From Amphiscolops sp. MND2022 (taxonomy: Eukaryota): DNA of 64,000 nucleotides. This document shows positions 13,001-24,341 of this stretch, piece after piece (the first letter of the stretch is position 1; each line of letters starts with the position of its first letter). The notes below the pieces were generated by a model. That model worked only from the letters and a program-made list of their open reading frames with translations, was not told where the DNA came from and made no database searches. The translations under genes were made by a program, and so were the position numbers. Location: assembly GCA_964187785.1 (NCBI GenBank), contig OZ076409.1:99636001-99700000 (forward strand), written 5' to 3'.

Positions 13001-13530
13001 TTTTTTTTTGTGGTTTTGTTTAATTCCGCTGTATTAATTATAAGCGGTATTATCGTTACCGGAGAGCCAGTGTCAATAATAAATTCTATTGGCTGTCCTT
13101 GGACCAATAGTATCGCTTTGTAGAAGTCGATCCGATTTATGCCGTTGACGGATTGGATGTGATCAATTTCGGACCATGATTCGGTGTCACTGTCCGTTGA
13201 CGGTTCTTTTTGTATCCGGCTGACGGTCTTGGATTTACACACTTTGGCAAAGTGACCCATCTTCTTGCAGTTATTACACTGTGCTCTCCGTGCTGGGCAA
13301 ATATGTTCCATTGACCAATTTGGTTTACCGCAAAAGCGACAATTACGATTTGATATTTTCTTCGTCCACGTTTCGGTGGTTTTTTGTTTCCGTATTGGTT
13401 GTGTGTTTCGACCGTTTCGACGCTTTGGGAATCCGCCGAATGAAATGCAAAACAATACGTTTAGTTGCTGTTGCCTTAACTTCGAGATACACTTCATAAT
13501 ACATTGTTATCTCCCCTTCTTTTCTTCTTG
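10088..13530 (-). mobile_element. Gypsy element lacking RT: gag zinc knuckles + aspartic protease joined to RNase H end + integrase, ending in a PPT
   Basis: CRFC...HIC and CNNCKKMGHFAKVC knuckles, FIIDTGSPVTII protease, ARLTRW...YTAGK...DYLSRHP, the HQGH...CPSC zinc finger, LDFAGP / VDRFSKW / TDNG / VERTIRTIK DDE core, and a purine tract aaagggggga (minus strand) at ~10090-10100. Confidence 0.92.
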
Positions 13531-13541
13531 AGTACTGCCTC

Positions 13542-13859
13542 TCAGCTGTCTTTAACAACCTCACTTGACGTCTCTGACCCTTCTATTACCTCTTCCTCAA
13601 TTGGCAATTCGGCCTCATTTAGCATTTCTTGACTATTTGGCAAGTTGGCTTGTTTTGGCTTTTCTTCTTCACTGCTGCTATTTTCATCTTCCGATACTCC
13701 CTGCCTTTTTGACGGTCCCGGGTTATTCGCCTCTTTTCTCTCGATTGCTATATCTCTTTGGGATAATACCACAGGGCTTCCTCGGCTTGGCAGAATTGTC
13801 ACAGTATGGTCCGATTCTCTAATTGGCTGAGCCGTTTTCCTTTTGAATGTTTCCTCCAA
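13542..13859 (-). mobile_element. Gypsy post-integrase tail fragment
   Basis: ESDHTVTILP...VVLSQRDIA resembles the tails at 4246-6045 and 22212-22946. Confidence 0.7.
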
Positions 13860-14250
13860 TTTTTTTACTCACGATTGGGACCAAAATATCACAAAATCTT
13901 TTTTTCATTTTAGTATTCTAAAAGGCCTCCTTTTTGACCTCACGAAAGATATTATGGACATATTTCGTCCCTCTGACTTCTTCTAGCAACGAAATTCGGC
14001 TAAAAAAGTATTTCAAAGGTGAAATTATTCGTGAGTAATTTTGGTCCCAATCGTGAGTAATTTTTTTACTCACGATTGGGACCAAAATATCAAAAAGTCT
14101 TTTTTTCATTTTAGTATTCTAAAAGGCCTCCTTTTTGTCCTCACGAAAGATATTATGGACATATTTCGTCCCTCTGACTTCTTCTAGCAACGGAACTCGG
14201 CTAAAAGTAATTCAAAGGTGAAATTGATCTTGAATAAGTTTGGTCACAAA
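13860..14250 (+). repeat. R2 repeat, ~200-bp units bounded by 22-bp inverted arms (2 copies)
   Basis: ttactcacgattgggaccaaaa...ttttggtcccaatcgtgagtaa arms; junction palindrome at ~14040-14087. Confidence 0.9.
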
Positions 14251-14757
14251 TTGTCACAAAGTTTGATCCTGGTTTCACAAAATTATTGACTGATCTTACA
14301 TTGTTTTTTTAATAACATGGCAGTCATACGAAATGTCACTCAAAATCAAAATTTGGCAGATTATGCTAAACTACTAATTGTTAGAATGGTTACAATTTAT
14401 CATGTTTTGATCCTCCAGTATGTCAGATGACTCTCATCCTTTTATGGTAAGCTATAGTTCGATAATTTGAAGCAAACCCGTGAACAGTTTCTAACTACAT
14501 GCACACTTGTCAAAAGAGAACGCTACTCTCTCTCCTGATTCCTTGGTCAACCATAGTCCGTGAAAAGTCACGTTTAGTTCGTAATTTGCAATTTTGTGCT
14601 ACCTACATGTAGTTGAGTAACTGCTCGTTTATTTATCATTTCTTGTTGAAACTTTGTTTGATTTTGATTCATTGCCACTTTTGCTACTTCATTCCTCTTT
14701 GTGCAAGGCTCTCGAGACATACTTATCTATCCGAACTCTCAATACTCAAGGTAAGGG

Positions 14758-14935
14758 TTTAAATATTGACGTACTACCACCTTTGGTAGTTGTTTTCTCA
14801 AAGTTTAGGATATGTATGCGGTTTCCACGACACATGTATAAAGTTAGGGTCTTACTTTCCACAGTCGTTTTAGCTCATTCGTTGAATGTGATACTACGAA
14901 AACGGCAGTTTATCAAAATCTGCCAGATTTTGATG
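14758..14935 (+). repeat. R1 repeat block 5 (half unit plus tail)
   Basis: Matches 7830-8005. Confidence 0.9.
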
Positions 14936-15469
14936 ACAAGCTAGATAATATTAAACGCCATGTTATTCGAAAACGCCATTCAAACATTGAGAAATTTTTC
15001 CTTGACCATAGGACGGCATAATGGATTTTAAATTTTGACGTACTACAATACAGTCAGAATTAAACCTTGTGTCTTATTTTCCCCTGCGGTCGCTTGGGGA
15101 GGGGGCATTTTGCGCAATTAATGACGAAATACAATTACCTTTGAAAAAGACGGCATGGTAAAAGCCATTTACAATTAAATAATTAGAACCAAACACTTTA
15201 ATCTAACTTTATTCTGACATCAAAGCAGTATTTCAACCAATAAGGGTTAACCAAAAAGTTTGGCTTTCAATTACATTTCTTTCATTCTTGCCAAACAAAC
15301 TCAAACGATCCAGTCTCTATTCTTTTTTGTCATCATTCAGTCTCTTGTTCTGCCATCAATCAGCCTCTCTTACCAGGTCATCTGTACTCGGTTTCTCCGC
15401 AAACCCTCTTCTGCACCCAGTCTCTCTCCACAATTCATACATCTGTACTCATTTTCGCTTCTTGCTTCA

Positions 15470-16023
15470 ATGGATAAAGTCATCTCACAAAATGGCGAAA
15501 ACGGAGTTAACAAATTACCTGGAAAGTCGCATGCCCCACGCAAAGTTGGGTTTTGCTACTACTGCCAAGTGTTCTACCCCAACGGGAAAACAAAGTACGA
15601 AGTTACCCAAAAAAACACGTACGATGAAGAGATCATTTTCGATGACATCTGGAGACCGAACAATAATCTTCACGTCAAGCCTTTTAGGGCTCAGCTCTAA
15701 ACAGAACCAGTACCCCTGAAATCAAATCCAGTACAGCAGAAATCCAAAGAAGAAATTATAAGCCCTCTCGAGCCACTCTTTCACTACTGCTTCAACAGAA
15801 GAAACTTGTTGATTTGTTCTTTTCATATATATTTTTGTATTTAGATGATCAATTAATTTTATTCATATACAGTAATTTTCGATGCAAAGCTCTAAATTGT
15901 TTGAGTTACCGTAGACCGAGAAACGCGCAGAGAGAGGAAGATGAATTATATATTGCACAAATACTCGTGGACAAAAAAGTAGAGCTAGAGCCAGTAAATT
16001 TGGCTAACGATGTCCTAGTCTAA
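15470..16023 (+). CDS. Cassette A copy 3, hypothetical small gene
   Basis: Near-identical to copies 1 and 2. Confidence 0.35.
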
Positions 16024-16099
16024 TTAAAACAAATCATTGAAAACAAGTTGGCAAGGCATTTTGATGTAAAATGGCATTTGTTCATAATTGTCTTTTTGT

Positions 16100-16363
16100 C
16101 AAAATATGGCAGATTTTTATCAACTGCCAATTTTCGAAAGCATTTCACGAATGAGCTAGTTCTTGAATGGTCCTAAAACGATTGTGGAAAGTAAGACCAT
16201 ATCGTTATACATGTGTCGTGGAAACCGCATACTAATCTTAAACTGTAAGAAAACAACTACCAAAGGGGGTAGTACGTCAATATTTAAATTTGACTGTAAT
16301 GTCCTGGTTTCCACCATTTTGAGCATATTGTCTTGGATTCCACCAAAATAGCATTCACTGTTC
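16100..16363 (-). repeat. R1 repeat block 6
   Basis: Inverted R1 unit ending at cattcactgttc. Confidence 0.93.
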
Positions 16364-16770
16364 AATGTCTAACAATTCTGAGTCTTTAACAAAGTAATAC
16401 AATGTAAAATTTGGTTTCGAAGTTATGCAAGTTTTTGCTAGGCAGTATTCCATTGCTAGCTAACAATTAATTAGAATCCTAATTACGGACAAGTGAGATC
16501 AACAATTTCTCTTTGTTCAGCTATTGCTATTGAACCGTGAATCAGAACAATTTGAAGCTGAATATGAACATTGTAAACGCGACCAGGCCGCCCATATTTT
16601 GTCCCCGGTGTCCCAACCATCATGACATGTAATAGCAACGAATACTTTTCTCCTTGACTTGTAATAAACACAAAATTTGTCTCAAAAGTCCTAGTCTCAC
16701 GAAAACACCTATCAATTTTGCATGGCATTTTTTGAAAACATGGCATTTATTCATAACTGTCTTGTCATTA
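16364..16770. repeat. Cassette B copy 1 (~400 bp, coding status unclear)
   Basis: Near-identical to 20197-20605 and, inverted, to ~37505-37815. Confidence 0.85.
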
Positions 16771-17383
16771 AATGTGGCAGATTTTGATCAATTGCCATTT
16801 TTTCATTAGCACTCAACGAATGAGCTCGTTTTTGAATGGTCCCAAAACGACTATAGAAAGTAAGACCATATCTTTATACATGTGTCGTGGAAACCGCATA
16901 CTAATCTTAAACTGTAAGAAAACAACTACCAAAGGGGGTAGTACGTCAATATTTAAATCTGACTGTAATGTCCTGGTTTCCACCATTTTGAGCATATTGT
17001 CTTGGATTCCACCAAAATAGCATTCACTGTTCGATGGCCACGAAAGCGACTGTGGAAAGTAGGACCGTATCAGTATACATGTGTCGTGGAAACCACATAC
17101 ATATCTTAAACTGTAAGAAAACAACTACCAAAGGGGGTAGTACGTCAATATTTAAATCTGACTGTAATGTCCTGGTTTCCACCATTTTGAGCATATTGTC
17201 TTGGATTCCACCAAAATAGCATTCACTGTTCGATGGCCACGAAAGCGACTGTGGAAAGTAGGACCGTATCAGTATACATGTGTCGTGGAAACCACATACA
17301 TATCTTAAACTGTAAGAAAACAACTACCAAAGGGGGTAGTACGTCAATATTCAAATCTGACTGTTTTGTCTAGGTTTCCACCA
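16770..17383 (-). repeat. R1 repeat block 7 (~2.8 tandem units) directly upstream of the JmjC gene
   Basis: Shadow ORFs ending at 17124 and 17323 are offset by 199 bp. Confidence 0.95.
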
Positions 17384-17464
17384 GTGTGAGTTTATTGTCC
17401 ATTTTGAGGACTTTAAAAAAATTCAATGCAAATGATGTTTTTCTTTTTTAAACCTATATTCCAG

Positions 17465-20400
17465 ATGTCTGATCAGGCTTGCTCATCGCAGTCACAAGCA
17501 GTGACGTGTGAGAAATGCGGGCAGTTGTTGCCAAATACTGAAAGGCAGAATGAAGCACCATCATACAAGAAGTACAAAAAAAGCTCGACCAACCTATTTT
17601 CTTGTACCAATGGCACCTGTGATTACGTCACTGATCGGTTGTTCAACCTCCAGCGTCATGAGAAGCAGTGCCCAGGAATGCCCTATGAGGACTGGAAGAA
17701 AAAAGAACTGACCTGTGAGAATTGTGGACAGTTATTCACTAATAAGAAAAGTCGGATGCGTCATCAAAAGAACGCTAAGTACTGTGTCAAGCAGAAAGCC
17801 AAAATTGATGCCGGCATAGAAGTCTCCATGTACAAATATCGTAAGTTATTTAGCCTTACTGAAATTATTGAGTTTTTCGCTCGAATACTTATGATCTGGA
17901 AAGATATAAAGAACGGGCGGGGGGTTTGGGAGGAAGATTAACAAAAAATCCAAATCAAAATGTTTACACATGTTTGTTTTCCAGCAGCTGCAAAAGGTCG
18001 TCAAAAAAGTCCCCATATTTGTCTGAGTTGTGGCAAGTTGTTCGCGTACCAGTACGTACTCCGGAATCACGTCGCAAGATCACTATCTTGCCAAGTAGCC
18101 CTAGCTCCAATGCCTGTTGATGTCACCTTCTCAGAGTATCCCCCATCTCCTTTTGGTACCACAGGGTACTTTGAATTTTGCGAGAGAATTCCTCTGGAAT
18201 GTGGGTTTTCTTTCGACGAGTGGCAGGGCCCTCAGGAGAATCCAAGTGTGCATTTAGGCTCTCTGTTGCAACACGGCATACCTCTGCTTTGGAAAAGTGG
18301 TGCAAACCATTGTCCTGGTATACAGCTTCCCAAAGTTGACAGGAGTGCGCATTTTCCCAGTGAAGTCCAGCAACTCCTGATGGCATCAAATTTGACTGAT
18401 CCGGAGCAGCAACTAGATGTGAAATCGGCAAAGATCGGCACAGTAAGTTTTTCATTATCTTTTCGCAAAAATACTGTCTTTTAAAAAACCAAAATGTCTC
18501 GTATATTGGATTCATGTAGTGTTTTATCTATTTTTTTCACATTTCACCATGGTTATTATTTCACAAAAATTATTCATTACCTCTCTCCAATAAAACGATA
18601 TGAATACTTCCTAGTTTCAGACGCAATCTCTATCCATACCGGAGTTCGTAGATGTTTTGAATTCATGTGGCCCTGATGACGTGAAGTATCCACTGAATGT
18701 TATTGATATCAGGATGAAGCCAAAAGTGAGTTGGGAAACTTGATGAAAGAATAACCTCATTTTTCAACTATTTTCATTTTTTAAACTAAGTTTTTGTGTT
18801 TAAGAAGCTGTACACAGTCCCAAAGATGGTGAGAGACAATTCCATTGGTCACCTGGTTGAAAAACTCATTGGGAAGACTAGCCTCGAGCCTTATTCATGT
18901 GCCACTTCATATTATCTGCTGATTACGCAGGACTCAGCGCACACAACTTGGCACCAAGACTTTTCAGCAACTTCTGTTTGCTATACTGTTCTTCGTGGCG
19001 AGAAAATTTTTTTCTTGGTCAAGCCAACAAAAAAGAATATGGCAATCTTCGAGAAATGGTCAGATGCAGAAAATGACCAAACGTAAGCGTTTTTAATTGA
19101 AACTAACGAAGAGTTTTTGAATTTTATAAGAGTTGATTATAAATTTATAAATTAATTTTTTTTCAACGAAACAACGGACACCAATAACTACAGAAACAGT
19201 GCATAAAAACTAGTTTTGATTTAGTTTGATGTTTCAGGCCCACATTCTTTGGTGCCATCAATGAACTGGAAGAAGGATGCCTCCGACTCAATGTTACACC
19301 CAGTGACATGCTAGTTATGCCTGCCAACTACCTTCATTTTGTCCTCACGAAAGGTATTATGGTCTTCTTTAGTCTCTTTGAGTTATGAAAGAAGTGTCAG
19401 TTGGTCTTTTTCGTAATTCGCTTTTACGTACACTTGACTAATTCTGAACGAATTTAGCTGACGATCTCTTTCTAGTGTTGGATTCATTTTTGTAATTTTG
19501 GCGTTTTTTCCGGTATTGGCACGATGCATAATTTTGCCACAACTTAATACTTTCTTTTTCACTCTACAGTGTCAATACTCGTTTGCATGTTTTCCGCGTT
19601 CGATTTACACTCTCTCGCGATTTGATTGGTCCGTTTCTTCTCGCCAATACCGTCCGTTTTAATTCGTTTGTGAACTTGTCTACTACCTTTACGGTGAACC
19701 AATCTTTGAATAATTCCTCAGATTGAATGATTGATCCTTCACATTAGGAAGGATGCCTTGACAAATAGTCAGCTATTCCCAGAGTTCTCCCCGGTGTTTG
19801 TTCAATATGAAAATCGTACGGCAAAAACCGATCTACCCAGGCTTTAAAAAGTCTTTGTCTCACGAAAACATTGAAAACAATTTTGCAAGGCATTTTATTA
19901 AAAATTGCATTTATTTATTACTGTCTTGTCATCGAAGTATGACAGATTTCTGTCAACTGCCATTTTTCACAAGCATTTAACAAATGAGTTCGTTCTTGAA
20001 TGGTCCTAAAACGATTGTGGAAAGTAAGACCATAACGTTATACATGTGTCGTGGAAACCGCATACTAATCTTAAACTGTAAGAAAACAACTACCAAAGGG
20101 GGTAGTACGTCAATATTTAAATCTGACTGTATTGTCCTGGTTTCCACCATTTTGAGCATATTGTCTTGGATTCCACCAAAATAGCATTCACTGTTCAATG
20201 TCTAACATTTCTGAGTCTTTAACAAAGTAATACAATGTAAAATTTGGTTTCGAAGTTATGCAAGTTTTTGCTAGGCAGTATTCCATTGCTAGCTAACAAT
20301 TAATTAGAATCCTAATTACGGACAAGTGAGATCAACAATTTCTCTTTGTTCAGCTATTGCTATTGAACCGTGAATCAGAACAATTTGAAGCTGAATATGA

Positions 20401-21744
20401 ACATTGTAAACGCGACCAGGCCGCCCATATTTTGTCCCCGGTGTCCCAACCATCATGACATGTAATAGCAACGAATACTTTTCTCCTTGACTTGTAATAA
20501 ACACAAAATTTGTCTCAAAAGTCCTAGTCTCACGAAAACACCTATCAATTTTGCATGGCATTTTTTGAAAACATGGCATTTATTCATAACTGTCTTGTCA
20601 TCAAAATGTGGCAGATTTTGATCAATTGCCATTTTTTCATTAGCACTCAACGAATGAGCTCGTTCTTGAATGGTCCCAAAACGACTATAGAAAGTAAGAC
20701 CATATCTTTATACATGTGTCGTGGAAACCGCATACTAATCTTAAACTGTAAGAAAACAACTACCAAAGGGGGTAGTACGTCAATACTTAAATCTGACTGT
20801 ATTGTCCTGGTTTCCACCATTTTGAGCATATTGTCTTGGATTCCACCAAAATAGCATTCACTGTTCGATGGCCACGAAAGCGACTGTGGAAAGTAGGACC
20901 ATATCTTTATACATGTGTCGTGGAAACCATATACATATCTTAAACTGTAAGAAAACAACTACCAAAGGGGGTACGTCAACATTCAAATCTGACTGTTTTG
21001 TCCTGGTTTCCACCAAAAAATTTTTTTACTCACGATTGGAACCAAAAAATAATTCCGTCTTTCCTCAATCAAATCGTTACAGGTGACTCAATTGCAGTGG
21101 GGACCAATTTTTTGGCCCTTGGACACATTCCTATGATACGGGAGATGATGATCCTTGACCATTCGAGGACTTACGCGGATGACAATTTCCCTGATCTTCC
21201 CGAGCTGCTGGCATTGCTTCTTCTCACTGCAACAGAAAAAATTCAGAGAGCTTGTCCTTTCAAGTTTCGTTTGTTCGATGCAGTTAAAACAATTGTTAAT
21301 GAAAAGGCCGTCCAGGAGGTTTTTACAATTTGACTTGAAAAACTGTTCATTTTAAATTCATAGTGTTTCACTTGTTCAACTTATTTTCTTTTTAATTTGC
21401 AGATTCATCCACAGTTTTGCATGAGCAAGTTGCGATTGCTTCTGGGCAGGAAACAACCAACCGGAACCCTCCAAGATGCCACAATCTCCAAAAAATATCT
21501 GGCGTGCGTCAGCATTAAATGTCCCGGTGACTCCTACGCAACCATCCCCGATTACATTAACAATGTAGATGTTCTGAGTGAGTCGCGCGAGACCCGTGTC
21601 TCGACAGTTGAACTTCTGAGGGAGAATTCGCAAACTCCAAAGTTTTGCGAAAACAAATTTCGACCTCATGCACTACCGATTATGGCTTCACTAAAAGGCA
21701 TTAGAACTATCCCTAAAGAGGATGAACTTTTTGATATATGTTGA
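17465..21744 (+). CDS. C2H2-type zinc-finger + JmjC histone demethylase (KDM2/KDM7-like), 7 exons: 17465-17840, 17985-18442, 18615-18725, 18805-19082, 19238-19353, 21083-21318, 21403-21744
   Basis: GT-AG introns with compatible phases. Zinc fingers CTNGTCDY...LQRHEKQC, CENCGQLF...RHQKNAKYC and CLSCGKLF...LRNH. JmjC motifs LNVID, HTTWHQDFSATSVCYTVLRGEKIFFLVKPT, LVMPANYLHFVLTKGDSIAVGTNFL and NFP; the Fe ligands HxD...H and the 2-OG Thr/Lys are present. Confidence 0.88.
19390..19840 (-). mobile_element. Gypsy fragment (RNase H end) inside JmjC intron 5
   Basis: Minus strand encodes GENSGIADYLSRHPS...WFTV, as in the other Gypsy fragments. Confidence 0.7.
19940..21050 (-). repeat. R1 block 8 + cassette B copy 2 + R1 block 9 + R2 half-palindrome, all inside JmjC intron 5
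   Basis: Direct near-identity to 16100-17383; ends in ttttttactcacgattggaaccaaaa. Confidence 0.93.
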
Positions 21745-22067
21745 CTGTTTTTATTCACCATTATTCTATTTGTTTTCAAGGTTGTCATTCAACAGAGTTT
21801 CTAGTTTCTTTTCCTTCTCGAAATTTTAAATATAAAAAATTGCAAATTAGAAAACGAAATGTGAAACCATTGGATTCACAAATTACCACATTTTTCAATT
21901 CTGTATGAGACAAAAATAAGAAACAAGCAATCTATCTGTTACTGTTGACGATGACTTCTACTAAGTCCTAAGTCTAGATGCTGTACCGTGTTTGTCATTT
22001 ATGTTTGTCAACAACTAGACACTTTTCTTATTTGAATGAGGTCAGTTTCGAGAGTATAGCTTAGCCT

Positions 22068-23960
22068 CTCTCACATCCCCCGATTTAACACAAATTTGTA
22101 TTTATTGTACAGGCGTGTAATAATATAAATTGTACAATTGCCAATTTACGAAACTGAAAATTTTTCTTCTTCTAAGAGTAGTTTGTAGATTTTACAGAGT
22201 AGTTTGTAGGTTTAGTTTTCATCGTTTTCTTCTTCTCTTCTCGGGCTTTTGGTTATTTGTGAAACCATTATGTTGTTGCCAAAGAAGTCGGTTTTGGGCC
22301 GGTTTCTGTTTCCTCGGCGTGGTGGGTTCGGCAGTTGTTGTACTTCGTTTTGATTGGTAGTGTCTATCATGGTTGCTGGGTTTTGCTCGCTTCTGTTGTC
22401 TTCTTCTTCATTGTCTTGCTTTTTTTCTTTGATATTGGGTTCGGCTTCTTGTTGTGGCCACATCTCTTCTTCTGATTCGCTTCCGATTTCTGTGATTTGT
22501 TCTGGTTTTTGATTTTGTTTTGCTCTTTTCATCTTCTTCCCCTCCTTTGTTTTCTTTACTTTTTGCTTTAGTTGTTCTAGTGCTGATTTCTTTTTTCGTC
22601 GCTGTTCTGTTGTTGGAGTTGGCGGGCGTGATGTTTCTGGCAAGTTCATGGTGATTGGCAGGTCATCTCTTGTTGCCACTTCTGAGCTGCTGTCGTCCTC
22701 GCTTGTGAATGGCTGGTTTCCCGCCAATGCCGTGCCTGTATTTTGTGACGCTAGTTGCTTTGTTGCTTCGCGGGAGCAGCATGGTTGGTTGGTGTTGTTC
22801 GCCACGTCGCGTTTGGAGATGATCGTTGGCTGATTTCTGCCTGCTGGCAGGAAGTTTATTGTATGATTCGATTGCTCGAGCAGTACCCCCTTCTTTTTCT
22901 TGTAGGCCCTCTCAAGCTTTGTGCCTCTTGTCCTCTCGCGTACCATGATAGTTGAGTCCTGTCCCGACTCGAAGTCTGTGTCGCTGAGTTGGATGGCTGG
23001 CTGTGGTTGATCTGAAATATTCCGAAACGAATTTAGTCTCTCTATTTTGCCATTTCCGCGGTGGTCCCTTTCTGGACATTCTATGTGGCGGATTAGTCGT
23101 TTTTGGCAAAATTCCTAAATCGCCTACTTCGGAAAATTGTCGCCGGGTCCGTTCTTATGGTCTGTGGAATTCCGTGCCTTGTAATATAGTTCTTTAAAAC
23201 TTCTATTACCTTTTCTGTGGTTGGCTTTCTTAAAAACTTTGCTTCCGGCAATCCCGAAAAGTGATATACTGATACTAAAAGGTACTTTTTTGCGTTTATG
23301 GCGTTTTGGAATGGGCCGGCGAAGTCAATTGCTATCTCTTGATTACATTCTTTACTTTCAGGCAATTTCCCTATTTGTTTTTGGCTAAGTATTGTTTTTA
23401 TGTTCTAACCAGATTCTTTGCATTGGGGGCATTCTCTGGCGATTGTGACTACCTCTCGATGCAGTCTTGGCCACCACACATTAGAAATTGTTGCCAACAT
23501 GGCATCTCGCCCCGGGTGCCCGTAGTGCAGTGATCTCATGATGATTGGTCTTAGCGTCTTGGGGATTACTAATCTTTCGTCCATGTAGACGAAGTCGTTG
23601 GCATCTAAGCTGAGGCACTTGTACTTCTCTCTCCATGGTGTGGGGAGGCGGTTGATTTTCGTGCTGTCTGGTCTTTTGAGCAATCCGATAATTTTTTGCA
23701 TGAATTCGTCTGATTCATACTGTGCTGCAAACGTGTGATTTCCCAGTTGCTGTAGTACTTCAATTTGATTTATGGAGTAACAAATAGGGCTTTTTATTGG
23801 TGGCATAATTGCCGCTTGAATTATATCATCGTTCATTTCTGCGTGATTATCAGATTCGACTTGTCGCTCGCTTTTGCTTGTGGAAGACTGCGTTTTAATT
23901 ACTGACCGATTAGCCAATCAGAAGCGAGAACGAGTATTTACCGTATCAGAGCAAAACGGC
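22068..23960 (-). mobile_element. Degenerate Gypsy integrase + tail + PPT/LTR start
   Basis: LHYGHPGRDAML...WWPRLHREV...CPQC, IDFAGP and RTDPAT motifs with frameshifts; PPT-LTR junction gggggatgtgagag (minus strand) at ~22068-22081. Confidence 0.85.
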
Positions 23961-24341
23961 AGTTCGCTTCAAAATGCCAAAACAGACAAAAGCTTCAAGT
24001 TTGACGAAAACGCAGACAGCGTGGATTGAATCGAATTGAATAAACAGAAGAAGCCGAAATTAAAAACTGAGTACCCTGTAAAAACCTAAACAATTGTTAC
24101 GTCATTATTTATGTAGCTAATTGGTAAGCCAACTAGCATTTTAGTTTGTGTTACGATTTTCGTAAATTGTAATGTAAATTGAGTGACATTGACATTGAAT
24201 AAACCCACAGATTGTAACCCCTGATCTTTGATCATAATAATAAGAAAAAGATAAAATAATCATTCACGCCATAACATGATGATCTGTCAATTCATTTGCC
24301 ATATTATTTAGGTTTGCCAGACTTGAAAATAGCGTTGATAA

